DNA of 64,000 nucleotides from Ophelia neglecta (Eukaryota): NCBI GenBank assembly GCA_965285935.1, contig OZ260667.1, positions 25,234,001 to 25,298,000 of the forward strand, read 5' to 3'. Shown piece by piece: positions 11,928 to 24,400 of this stretch (position 1 is its first letter; each line of letters starts with the position of its first letter). The notes under the pieces were generated by a model. It saw only the letters and a program-made list of their open reading frames with translations, ran no database searches and was not told where the DNA came from. The position numbers and the translations under genes were made by a program.

Positions 11928-14900
11928 ATGTATGGAAGAATGTCTGGACCCATTGTGCTCATTCCTTTACTGGCTCTTTTTGGCTTGCAATTCGTCCACA
12001 CATTGGGTAATGAACCATTAAGTTAAAGTAGGAGAATGTATGTGGTATACATGTTTGAAAGGCTTATAAGATATGTAAGATTCCGGGACACGACAAACTA
12101 TAGCTGTCTTTTATTTGATATATTGCAAAGTAAATTCGGGTTGAATATTTATTATCGAATACCTTCTGAACCTGTTCAATTTATTTTGCTGTCCCTGCAG
12201 TGACAACTGTTATTATTATTTTTCATCTTTCTTTGGCATTATTTTAGCATATACACAATTTTAGTCCGTAATTGTGTCAGAATTGGTTTAGTGAACCTGT
12301 GTTTATATTAAAATGTATCAAGGAATATATCCATATTGGTGACAACGCACTATTGTCTGCCAAAAACGACTTTATTTGTACTCATTAATTGATTTTATCC
12401 ACACATATATAATTGCTGTATTGTAGATGAGTTTGAAGTACAAGTTGAAGAGCATTATACAGTTGCAAAACGATCACTTGATGACAGGGAGTCAAGATAC
12501 AGGAATTTCCGATTTGACATCGAGGGCAGAGAGGTCAACCTCAGGCTGAAACGAAATATCGGGTTTAAAAATGAATTTTCGATATATGAACACGCGGACA
12601 TGTTGACAAGAGAAGTGGAGATTCAACGAGAGGTGAGGCAGTAACAAGTTATCATTTAACAAATGTTTTAACAAGTATGGAAATACGTGGATATTTTGTT
12701 TTGTACCGCAAACTAGGATTTGTCTTCTTTTCACTGATAGGACGGGGAAATGTATCACGACCCTGATACCTTCGCGGCCATAAGAATTTCTAGTGGCTAT
12801 CAGCGCTCTCTGGTGAGTTAAGTCATTGTGGTTATTCAAAAATGTGCATTTAAATGAAAAAACCACATGAATCATGGCCCGATTGAAGCATTTGCTTACT
12901 GGTCATAGAACACACAAGTATTTCTCTTGGCCAGTAGATAACCAGTGAAACTAACTCTATGGTTGCGCCCGGGAGAATAAAATAACACCTGGGTGCTAGA
13001 ACAAGCAAATGCGGGACAACTTTAATATTATATGCATGTTCTCATGTTGATGTAAACATTTGGACCAGTTGCTTTTAATTGTGGCCAATTGGCTTATGAA
13101 AACCAAAGCCAATCATATATATATATACATAAGTCCCATGTGATATTATAAAAAAAACACTCGGTCATATGTAAGTTCTTGTTTCAATATTGGATGGTAT
13201 ATATTTGACAGTAATTACTGTGGCATTCTTTTTTCTACCCATGAACAGCACGGGGTATTTCTCCATGAAGGCGAACCTTACAGCATAGAGGCGGCGCCAA
13301 GGAGAGGAGCAAGAGACACCCACAAAGTGAAAAAAGTCAAAGGTATTATAAAATATGAGTTGGTATCCGGCATACAAATGAAGATCTTAATTAAAAATCG
13401 CTTAATAAATCTGTCCTATAATCATTTATCAAATTCTTCAGTGCTTATTAACCTGTTATTTGTTTCCTATAAGTGACCAAGACCAACCTGCACCGCAGGT
13501 CCTTTGAAAGAGATAGCAAGGAGGCGCCTTCTGAAAAAGAGAACATTACATTGATAATCAACGGTGAGACTAAACATCCAGATTCTGAACATAAAACAAA
13601 GACAACTTGGTCATATGAGAAGAGTAGTGAGACGTCAAAAAACAAAAAGAGAGAAGTTCCCCCCGTTTATGATGTGGAATTAGATATCATCGCCGATTGC
13701 ACAATGTGGAACTAGTCAGTGAAACAATACTTCTTCAAATATATGTCAATTTCGTTGTATATTGCTCTATTTCTTATGACTTGAATACTGCAACAACAGA
13801 GTCAAGTAAACTAATGGAACCATTACTTCTCTGGGATATTCCCCTCTCTAAGTCAGCCCTGAATGTGTTTCTTTTTTTGTATAGTTTCTTTCAAAACGCA
13901 CAAAGTGATTCCAACCAAGCCACCATGGACTTGGCGAATTACATAGCGGTGCAGGTCAATGCGGTAGGTTTTTTCATTCGACAAAGTGCAGTACATGTAT
14001 TATAGGCGGAATTTCTTTCCCGGCGAAATTAAACTGGTATTGGATGAAAAGCCATGACAATCTGACATTCAGAGATAATATACGAACAGGTTTTTTTTAC
14101 ACACAGTTGCTTATATACTTATCATGAACTGTTGCCTTGTTGATATCTTCCATTCTTTTGTATCACAGGCCGATCTTGTGTATAAAAATATTGACCCTGC
14201 CATTCACGGTTTTTCCGTGAATCTTTTCATCAGTGCTCTTCATATACTGAAGGTAGACATGTTAATCTTGTATTTTTAGTGTACGAATGACTGATATGAT
14301 TCCAAAGAATTGCACTGATTCTAAATTGATATATTATGCCGATTTTTTCGACGGTACATATCATCTATTTTTGACCACCCTACTCAACTTGTAGTCAGGC
14401 AGTAACTGCTACTGGACTAGCAGTCACATTCGCCACACAGGGGCAGATGACACCGAAACCATAGTCAATTCAGATGATACACTTCTAGGACTGTACGCTT
14501 GGACCTACCCAAAACCGAGCTACTCCGTTCCCGACCACGTCATGCTCTGGACAAGGTTAGGTTGCTTACACAATCAAAAGGGTCAGCTTAACCAAATAAG
14601 TGCATGTCTCATATATCTAATTATCGTCCTAAGATTTTAAGTAAATTTGTGGAGTATTTAAACTTTCACAGCTTTTGAACTCGGCTATCATAAAGAAAAT
14701 ATCATACCTTAATATATTATTTACCCCTTCTTTTAGGTACAATCTTGATGGGCCCGGAACGGGCTTGTCTGCAGCAGACACTTCGATGATAGGTAAGCCA
14801 TGGCTTGTTTTTCTCTTTTTACTAGTACAATATCGGTCAAAGCTCAGCAAATAATATGTAGTACGTAGTTTCCATGTTTTAAGGATAATATCCCGTACAA

Positions 14901-17277
14901 TAATAACAGATATGCTCGTTTTAATGCTCATAAATACAATGATGCTCAGGAATGTCTTGGCGAGGTGGCATATGTCTCCCGGGATGGGACGTATCCATTG
15001 TAGAGGACACAGGCTATAACACCTGGACAACCGTGGCCCACGAGCTAGCTCACAAGTAAGTGTGAGGATACACCCTCTCGTTAACACCTAGGAATATATA
15101 TGCTCGTGTGGTGTATAATATGTTACTAAATACGTATAAGTACAATGGGGCTTAAATCTCAAACAGTTCAAAATTATAAATAACAGGCTTTGTTCTGTAA
15201 ATTGCATTCACGTTTTTTTCCAAATTGGATTCTTATTGTTACTAATAAATGGATTCGTTTCCCTGTTTTTATTTGGCAAAGTGTATATGCAATGATTTTA
15301 ATAACTCATACTACAAGTACAAAACCGAACAGTGGCTAAATGTTTCAACCAAGTGTCTGATTGTTGCATTTCAAAATGGACAGGAGTGTTTTGTGTAAAC
15401 TGTAAATTATATGCCAGATGCAGAACTAATCTATAATTATTGAATAATCTTTGAGAGTATTCTGTTTGCCTTTCCCAAAAGCATAATTTACATTCAAACC
15501 TTTGCCTTCTATTACTCTACTTCAGCCTGGGAAGTCCCCATGACGGAAGCATGGAGTTAGGCACCGAGGACTGCCCTTATTATAACGGTAACATAATGGC
15601 GCCTTCCAACAGCTTCACAACAATGTGCAACGTCCAAAACGCTTTCCGCTTCTCTAATTGTTCCATTGGCTGGATGAAATTCGTACTTGACGGCAATTAC
15701 GACGCGTAAGTCAATTTCTCGATCGCTTTTATGCCTTGATTCGTAAACCCAAAATGGAAACATGGGTTGCCATTCCTCCACCTTCAACAGTCTTCAACTT
15801 TTATCCACTTTCTTCTTTGAATGTTGTGTTCAGTACCTTGCATCAGTCTCCAATGTATAGAATGAGGTCGTGCATTGTATTTTGGTTCAAACCATTATTA
15901 GCTCATGCAGCTCATCAACAGCCCCAGCTGTCTAAAAAAACGGGAGTTGATGCACGGCGGACAATTTGAAAGCAAAAAAAGTCATTAAAAAGGAAAGGTC
16001 TATCAAGTATTTTTTGTTTTTACTAACTTTTCCAGTTACCCCAAGGTATGTTTGACGAACCGAGTGTGCACGGATGAAGATGCAGACATTAACCGCGACG
16101 TCAGCCAAATGGTGGGGCTTGGCTTTGACGCCGATGAATTCTGTGTCAACCGGTTTGGTGCTGGCTCCTACCATGATGTAACTATAGTAGTTCTGCTCGT
16201 CTTCAATCGTGTATTTCGAGTATTTTCTTTACCCCGGCTTCCTATTAGCTTCTTCTATAAGTTCACATAAATAGATGAGAGGTAAAGCTATTAATCTGAT
16301 CGGTCTATTAACTTTGGTAAGTTTGATTCGATACAAATGAGTTTTCTATACAGTACATGTGCACTTATGGAAAAACACAATATTCTACAGGAGACCAACC
16401 CAGGCGCAAGGGATTCTATGTGCTGGCAGATAATGTGCATAAACGGAACCATTCCAAGCGGAGCTCCCGAGGGTGCTGACTGTGGAGGAACCACTGATAA
16501 CGTAACTATATTATCCTTTAAAGCAGAGATTAAATGACACCAACTATATGACTTGAACATATCAATAGAAAAGTAAACGCATTACAAAATACTGATTATG
16601 CCCTTTACCTCTCTCACTGCCGTGTTTTCAATATATAATGTGTCCCTACACTTGCAGTGGTGTCGATCTGGAGAATGTGTGTCCAAAGCATCAAACCCAG
16701 CGCCCACTTCGGGTAATTTTTTCTCAATATGCTTTTAGTACTGCGTTAGCATCTGTTTCTTATTATTACTTCCGTCACTGTCATCTAAAGATGCATATGA
16801 TCTCATCGTAATTGAGATATCCCTGGGCTTCAGCGAATGTAATAATCAGCGTCTGTCTATAATATGTTTGTTCATTTACCTATTTTAAACACATGTCTTC
16901 AGGGCCCAGTTCATGCACCCCATCCCCGATCGAAATAACTGCATCGCCAGGTAAGCTTATTTTAGAAGGAAACAAAACTTTTGTTTGTATTACATTTTAA
17001 ACATTAGCTAAGAGTAGGTGTTGTGTAGCATGGGACACTAATTAAACAAGCGGTGGCACAGTACGGTTACTCCTATTGTTCAGTGAACTTCATAAAGAAC
17101 GACTTTTTACCAGGTTGTATCAGCAATCCGTATGTTCGTCTCAATCTGGGAAGCTCTCAGGTTGGCTGCGCTGAAATACCCCTTACGGTGCCCTATTACT
17201 GTATACAAATGCCTGCAATCGCTAGATACTGCTGTAAGGACTGCGTCGAAGCTGGCATTATACCAGATCCAAACTAG
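11928..17277 (+). CDS. Secreted M12B (reprolysin/ADAMTS-type) zinc metalloprotease, MIG-17-like architecture, copy B (625 aa); tandem paralog of A
   Basis: 16 coding exons: 11928-12006, 12427-12632, 12741-12812, 13249-13342, 13474-13714, 13885-13963, 14169-14252, 14395-14555, 14737-14792, 14950-15055, 15526-15705, 16036-16177, 16391-16501, 16658-16712, 16903-16950, 17114-17277 (1878 nt). Intron phases all match copy A, and 11 exon lengths are identical. Signal peptide; HELAHNLGSPHD; GNIMAP; FSNCS; PEGADCGG; WCRSGECV; YCCKDC. AATAAA at 17396. Confidence 0.93.
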
Positions 17278-18141
17278 TGCATGACTTCCTACACGGAATA
17301 AGACCCAGGATAAAAGGTTTACTGCAACGCTGTTAACTGGACTGTTAACTCAACTAAAATGTTTACAATGGAGTGAGAGTGCACGTTAATTGATCAATAA
17401 AGAATAACTTAAGGCATAGTTATGTGTCTGTTCTTACGTTCCAAAATCTAACTTCGTGGCATCTATGCAATGCAAGATCGTGTCATATGTCTTCTTTCTC
17501 TATCATGGCTGATTATCTGCGTTTAACTTTGTTATCAGCATTATTTATTATCAGCAAGTATTTGTCATATAAATTTTTTTTTTATTATTTCGACTGAATA
17601 AAATATTGAACGTTTGAACGACTTCAGGTTCTACGACTGCGGTGCCATTCTAAATCTCAAAATAAAATTAGTTGTTCCTATATCGGTCGCAAACGGGAAA
17701 TTTCCAAATAGTTGTGTGACAATATTGTACAAGATATTACCTCCAACCATACTAGTGAAATTTGAAAATCAATAAATAATAGTCGAATAATAATAGTCGA
17801 ACCTATTTGCAATTAATAACAAGGCCAATAGGACATAGTGCGGATTCTTAAAAATACGTGGTGTTTTTCGACATATAGGAACTTCTCTGATGGAGGTTGA
17901 AAAGCACTATTTCAAAGATGTTTTTTTTTTTACTTTTGGTGTTAGATAGTGGTGTATCTTATTAGTTTTCATTTTAACCGTGGCTGCCCTGAAGTCAATA
18001 CGAGGCTGACGCAGCTATCGAGAGTTTCAATTATTGATCAGTCCCAAGTGTCAAGAATTTAAGCTCAAGGATACGATACTTTTTGTCTATTAAATACAAC
18101 TTTAGCTCAATTCCTAGCTGGCTAACCACTTATACGACATT

Positions 18142-19077
18142 TTAAAAAATCCTATGCAGCTCTCTTTTTGGTCTAGGAAAGACTGCGTGTCCTCTATAAA
18201 GTCTCGCCTCCCCTTCTCTATTTTCTTTAAATCCGAACAAGCGGATACTATCACTACAATCCACGATAGCATGGTCTCTGGCCTCATTGCAAATTCATGT
18301 ATTTACGACACGCCATTCCTTCTGCCTTTCGCTTTCCGGTTTGGCAGGTTTCTCATTGTCAGGTTTCTTTAAGTTACATTTTACTTTCTTAAAATCTATT
18401 GGAAAATAACGAAATGGTCGTGCCCACTGTCATCTCCACTCCCAACATTTAAAGTAATCTAACTTAATCATTTCATAGTACATTCCTAAATCTACTTTGT
18501 TAAAGAACATTATTTACTCCCTTGTTTTTTCAAAGATAGAGTCCCAGAGTCATCTTCTTCATCGATACATTCTCTAACTCCAACGGTTCTTGACCTTCTT
18601 CACCTTGCACATCCCCCTCAGGTTTCTCATTCAGAGTTTCACCAAATTCAATTTCTAACTCCATTTCTTGTTTCTTTGAATGTTCTTCTTTAGGGTCAGC
18701 CTCTTTCACCTTTAAATCGTCTTGAGGGTCTCCTCTGCGGAATATTTTGAATGTTTCTCTTTTATGTAACTTTATCAGTTCTGATTCCTCAACTGATTGT
18801 CCTAGAAGTTATATTCCTTCGTCCCGTTGTTCTTCCACGCATTTTTCATGTTCTATCTCTTCATAAATATTTTGCGTTGATCCTTCATTCACGGTCAGTT
18901 AAAACATTTCAAAATGTGGTTTGAGATTGAAAGAACTCCAGTGCTTGATCATCATCCACAGGCCACATCAAAGTATATTGTCTTTTCAACTCGTGTTTAG
19001 AACCATTCAGTACCCCGCAACCTTGTCCTTTATCCCGTGTATCTTTCTTCAAAGACAATCTTTGATGAAAGCTCCAT
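18142..19077 (-). pseudogene. Decayed coding relic (Glu/Lys-rich, partial zinc-knuckle-like motif), possibly a retroelement gag-like fragment
   Basis: The minus strand reads as long protein-like runs broken by isolated stops and frameshifts: LTVNEGSTQNIYEEIEHEKCVEEQRDEGI*LLGQSVEE...EGQEPLELE (about 18900-18530), and one 123-codon frame 18510-18142 with only two internal TGA, containing CNEARDHAIVDC. Strong strand skew (T/C-rich on +). Confidence 0.4.
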
Positions 19078-19509
19078 TATGACGTACGTGTAAGGCAATA
19101 GCTAAACAATTTGGCTTCACGTCGGTGTAGTTTTTAAACATTAAAAAGCACAGACAATTCATCAATAAAAATGACAATGAAATAATAATATTTAGAACAA
19201 AATATCGAAGTTGAGGGTCTAAGATGCATAACGTTTATGTTGAATGTATATAATGAATAGGTGTTTGGTCCTGATAGTTGCAAAAATTGATTATAAGTTG
19301 TAAATAATTAGTACGATTTACAATAACAATATATAAGTTTATGTATTTATATAGTCGCAATAGGCGTGTACATTCTAAATAGCTTAAATGCTTTATTGGA
19401 CATCGGGATACTGCACAAACTACTAACGTGGTCTACATCAATAACAGCAGATTATTAAAAACGTTACAATTTGATGTATAATAAATGCAATTATTATAAG
19501 TTTTACATT

Positions 19510-19689
19510 TAAAATGGAACCTGTAAATTGAGACCACCCAAGGGACAACATAATACTGGTCTGAATATGAAGGTGGCCTGTTTGGACAGGTTATTTTCAT
19601 TTTAAGTGTAAAGCATGCTTATTAGATGTGTGGTCTAAATTGACAGGTGGTCTTAATATAGAGGCGGCCTTTAAGGCAGGTTTCACTTT
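19510..19689. mobile_element. Decayed Tc1/mariner(pogo)-type MITE
   Basis: About 180 bp. Left end ...tggaacctgtaaattgagaccacc and right end ggcggcctttaaggcaggtttcact are degenerate inverted repeats, with internal ggtggtct/ggtct subrepeats. Same size and layout as the element at 50578. Confidence 0.6.
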
Positions 19690-21420
19690 TCTAAGTAGGT
19701 ACACAATTGAAACTTTAGACACATTTTAAATGTGGTAAAGCATGGGGTCACATCTTCTGATCCTTGCGCGATTCGTTGAAAAGGAGAAAATCACACTTAC
19801 TTACGCCGTAATTGGATTGTTATAAGGTCGGGAATGCCGCGATAGAAGATCTTGATGCTTTAATGGCAGTATTTGTAACAAATACTAACTTCGAAAACAA
19901 CTAATAGAGCACAAACAACCACGAAATGTACTTACACAATTAACGCTAGCTTTAACATGGGCTCTATAAGCTCCAACTTACATGCGAGATTTGCTGTGCG
20001 CATGAACGAGTTCGTCAACTGTTTTATTCCGCGATTTCATGTTTTCGTTAATTGTAAACAAAATATTTCGGATTTGTAAGGCAAACACTTTTAGATCAAT
20101 AACTGGTAATCTAGAAGACTGCACTAAAAGGGAATAGCCTTTGTCTTTCGCATTTTTTCCGAATTTAGACAGGAGGTCAAATCATGTGTTATCCGGGTCA
20201 GCTATTTAGATAAAGTATTCTAGACAAGCATCCGCACACATACATGTTCATATTATTCAAAACTTATATGATATGAACAATACACAAATGATGTAGAATG
20301 TTAAATATTATGCATTCTACAGTGTGGTGCAACAGTTGTATTTGAAATTTGGGCTATCTTAGATCACTTGACAACTAGAAAAATCTGTTATGCCCTTCAT
20401 GGTTGTCAGGGTACAAATAATTTAAAAATATATCAATAGGCTAGAGTTCATCATGTTATAAATTTCTCCCAAATCACTTCTGAATTAATATATCAAGTGA
20501 CGCAGTTCACTAGGACAAATTCACAATTTAAAAAGTTAAAACCTTAAAGGATATTGTAGTTTTTGATAGAAAATGTGTTAAGTACATAGCCACTTTAGCC
20601 ACTCATGTGACTGTAAGATAATATACATACAAAACGAAGCTTTTAGTTAATTATTTGGAAACATTTGCTGATGATAATTGGCCAAGGCAGTACAAACATG
20701 CCCATAAGCCATTGTGTTTTTTACAACGACTGTACAGTTTACAACGTTTTCATTTGAGAATATAACTTAATAAATATGTCTACTGTCTACATGTGTTATA
20801 TTGCTGTCATTTATTACATATATATCAAATTAACAGCGACCGTCTACTAAGTCGTAGTCGAAGTTCATCTTCATCGATTTGTATGATTATTGCACTTAAG
20901 GTGCATATTGATAAACATGTGATACATATCTATATCTTGTCGTCATGTGACACTTGCGGTTAACTATAAAGGGCACCTGTAATAGGGTTGTTCATACTGT
21001 CCTAGGTAAGGAAACGTGGTAACACGTACAATAAACCAGAGGTTCCTGTGGGCATAATCGCCGTGATGTCGCGTACCTTCGATAACTGAACCGAGACGAG
21101 CCCGTACTGTGATTAGGAGTTCCTGTTTCCTATATCTAAATATGTGGGTCGTGTATAGCAAAGTCCACAACGCAGGTCGTGGCAATATTATCGTGGATAA
21201 GACTATTATGTACTGTGTGTACAAAACTTCACATCTCGTGCAACAGTAGATGCATTAGTACAAGGAGTTTATTCTAACCCTCATGGCGTGAACATAGCCT
21301 CCTTCCAATGGTCAACCATTTAAAATTAACACTGCTTTAGGGTGATGTTGTATTCTTGTGTCCAGTAAGTGATTGAATACAGTATCAATTGAGAAGTGGA
21401 TTGTGTTACGGACTGGGACC

Positions 21421-24400
21421 ATGGAGGCCTTGTTGTCAGAACCAAACACGACAGGAGTGTGTGGAGTGGGTAACGGTACCTTAGAGTCAATGGACTGCCT
21501 TGAACCCCTAAGAAACGCTGAAAAGTCAAACCCAGAGAGCGCGGTAAGAGGGGCAGACTATCTCGAGGCTTGTTCGGCAGACAACAGCTTACCGACTTTA
21601 GGGGCAGAGGACCATTTTGGAAGCACTCCAACAGAATGGGCACAAGGCACAAACGAATCTAGTCGTAGAGTCAATAACGATCAAAATCTCCAAATTCCGA
21701 CACCTAATCCTTCACCAAGTTTGCTTGCGCCATTACTCGGATATTCTATCAATGATTGTGAAAATAGTATAAACACTTCGGAAGATGTCGCCCAAGCGCT
21801 CCCCCACATGGTGCGGAAACTAGATGAGGGCAGTCCGCCTAACAGCAGTGAATCGCCATCGGGGAGTCGGGGGCGGTGGACACTTGGATGCCTGTGCGCC
21901 CTGAGCCTGAGCGCTGGATTATTTGTGTCGTTACTGGCTCCGTTTTATCCTACACAGGTAAACAAATGTATGCTAGAGATGCAGAATGTATACCACATGT
22001 ATACCACATTTAATAGTTTACACTTACAAGAGTTGACATTTTAAATTCTGTCATTTATAGGCCAAGGCCAAAGGTGCTAGTGAGCTGGAAGTCGGATTTA
22101 TCTTCGGCAGCTTCCAATTGATAGTCGCATTGAGTTCACCTCTCTTTGGGAGATTTGTAAGTCAATTCAAGCTCTTTTTTTTGCGATATTTCTACTACAA
22201 AGCAATTTGATGGCATTTTGGCGTACAAGTCTACCTTTCCACTATTTTCAGCTGACAGTCATAGGATCCAAATTTATGCTGGTGGCCGGGAACTTTGTAT
22301 GCAGCGCCTGTGCCATATTGTTCGGGTACATATTATAAACAAACTTTCTGAAGATACGGAGAATAAAATCGCCTGAAAATATAATAACAGTTTTTTCTTC
22401 GATGAAAAGGAAAGTACTACCAATAAGACCAATACCCACCATGCTGATTCCTTAGACTTTAATGATCTAGATACCAGCAGTCGTTCCCAAAGTCAATCGA
22501 GACAGCATTAGAGGATGCATAATGGGTGCTTCCTCTAAGATTGAGGGCTAGGGATATCATACAATTCTGAGAAGATGCACCCATTATATATACTCACCTA
22601 GTAGATAGCGGATCAGCCCCCCCCCCCATTACTCCCCCCACCACCTTCAAAATATAAGATCCCTCATTGGTTTCGTATGTATTAAAGGATGCTGGAGTGG
22701 TGTCCACCAGGGAAAGTATTTGTGGCCATGTGTTTCGCCACTCGCTCACTGGAGGCGCTCGGAGCGGCAGCTAACTTTGTTTCGATCTACGCTATTGCTG
22801 CACACAGCTTTCCTTCTCGCATCTCAACTGTCATGGTTAGTCTTTCTTTTTATACATTGTGAAATTATAACATTGTTAAGCCTTTTAACATGATAATTAA
22901 GAACATAAAAGCATTATCAATGAAAAATAGGCTAAATTGTCTATTGGGTTAATGCTAACTACAACACTATACTTCGTCATGTCCGGATCAAATTGAAGAC
23001 ACGGATATGTAGTATTAATGAATTATAATATTGAAGCACTCTTCTGAATCATAAAACTAAATATCTGAAATGATACAGACGTTTAATACTGATATTTTTC
23101 CCTGATAGGGATTACTCGAGGGGTCGTTTTGTGTCGGTCTCATGATCGGACCCCCAGTGGGAGGAGCCCTCTACGCGGTACTGGCCACTTCTCAACACGC
23201 CGTTTTTTATTTTAATATTAGTTAATTGTATCCTGGTCTTGCCTCATTATGCTCTAATTGAACCATTCACTCCTTTTAGGCTGATGGTTTTTATTTACCT
23301 TTCGTCGTTAGTGGTGGCATATTTATGATTTTCACACTTGCCTGTGGATTCTTCCTTCCTTCACCTCCAGGTAGTTTTCAAAGTAATAATCTAAATATTT
23401 GTCTCTTGGCGCAAGTAATGTTGGCAATATATGTATTATTATAACGTTTTTCGTTATGGTTGACTTTGCAATGACCTTCGCTAGCCGAACATAACTGTAT
23501 TATATATCAGTGCTAAACTATCCCATGGACCAAGGTGAAAACATTCTCTGGTTTTACCATATACTTATGAAGAACTTTATACAAGAAACCTAGTACCCTT
23601 GGGACTAACCGTCACTTCTGATTGTGTTATATTGTACTGAAAAAGCCACATTTCTTTCCATACATAATCTACAACACCCAAAGACGACCAAGATGTAGAA
23701 GAAGAAGGGGATGAGAAGCAATCAGCTTGGGCTATGTTCAAGCGACCGCTCGTGCCCACAGTGGGTTTTCTTATCATCGTGGGATCAGCGGTTGTCGGCT
23801 TTGTTGACGTTGCTCTGACGGACCAACTGCACATTGTCAAGGTAATGTTAAAGTTAAAAAGAATTAAAAAGCAAATCGGCAACGCAAGACATTTGATAAT
23901 AACTATATAGTGTTGTATATAAAAAAACAAGGTTCTGGTACAGCCTTCAGATCACATGCTCGACTCAACATGGTTCAACATTATCGAATAGACCGTAGAC
24001 GGTTTACATAGCAGCTTTATTTCTTTTTAACAATCGGTACACATGTTACCTCATATTCAGCCGGATATCACAGCCCTGGAGGTCGGATTGATCTTCCTTC
24101 TTCCTGCAGGGTTAGTTGCCGTGCTATCTCCAGTCAGTGGTGTCATCACAGATCGATTTCCGGTAGGTATTTTTTTCTATTAAAATTACGCTCATGGATT
24201 TGCCTTCATGCAAGACTGCAAGCCTGGATATTATGAAGCAAAAACATCCAAATAGTCCTCAGCTTTTACCTTAACGTATTTAATCACCAATAGAATGTTA
24301 CATTTTTACATTTAAGAGACTTGGACTTCCGGTATTGGTAATGGGAGCTATGCTGATCTGTCTGTCTTATCTTACCATAGGACCGTGTCCTTATTTACAC

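Noticed and set aside
20885-20910. TATTGCACTT, matching the miR-92 5' end
   Set aside because: The rest of the mature sequence does not match and the local hairpin is far too short for a precursor.
21373-22044. Stand-alone 223-aa ORF
   Set aside because: It starts at TTG and reads into an intron; it is the first coding exon (21421-21957) of the SLC18B1-like gene.
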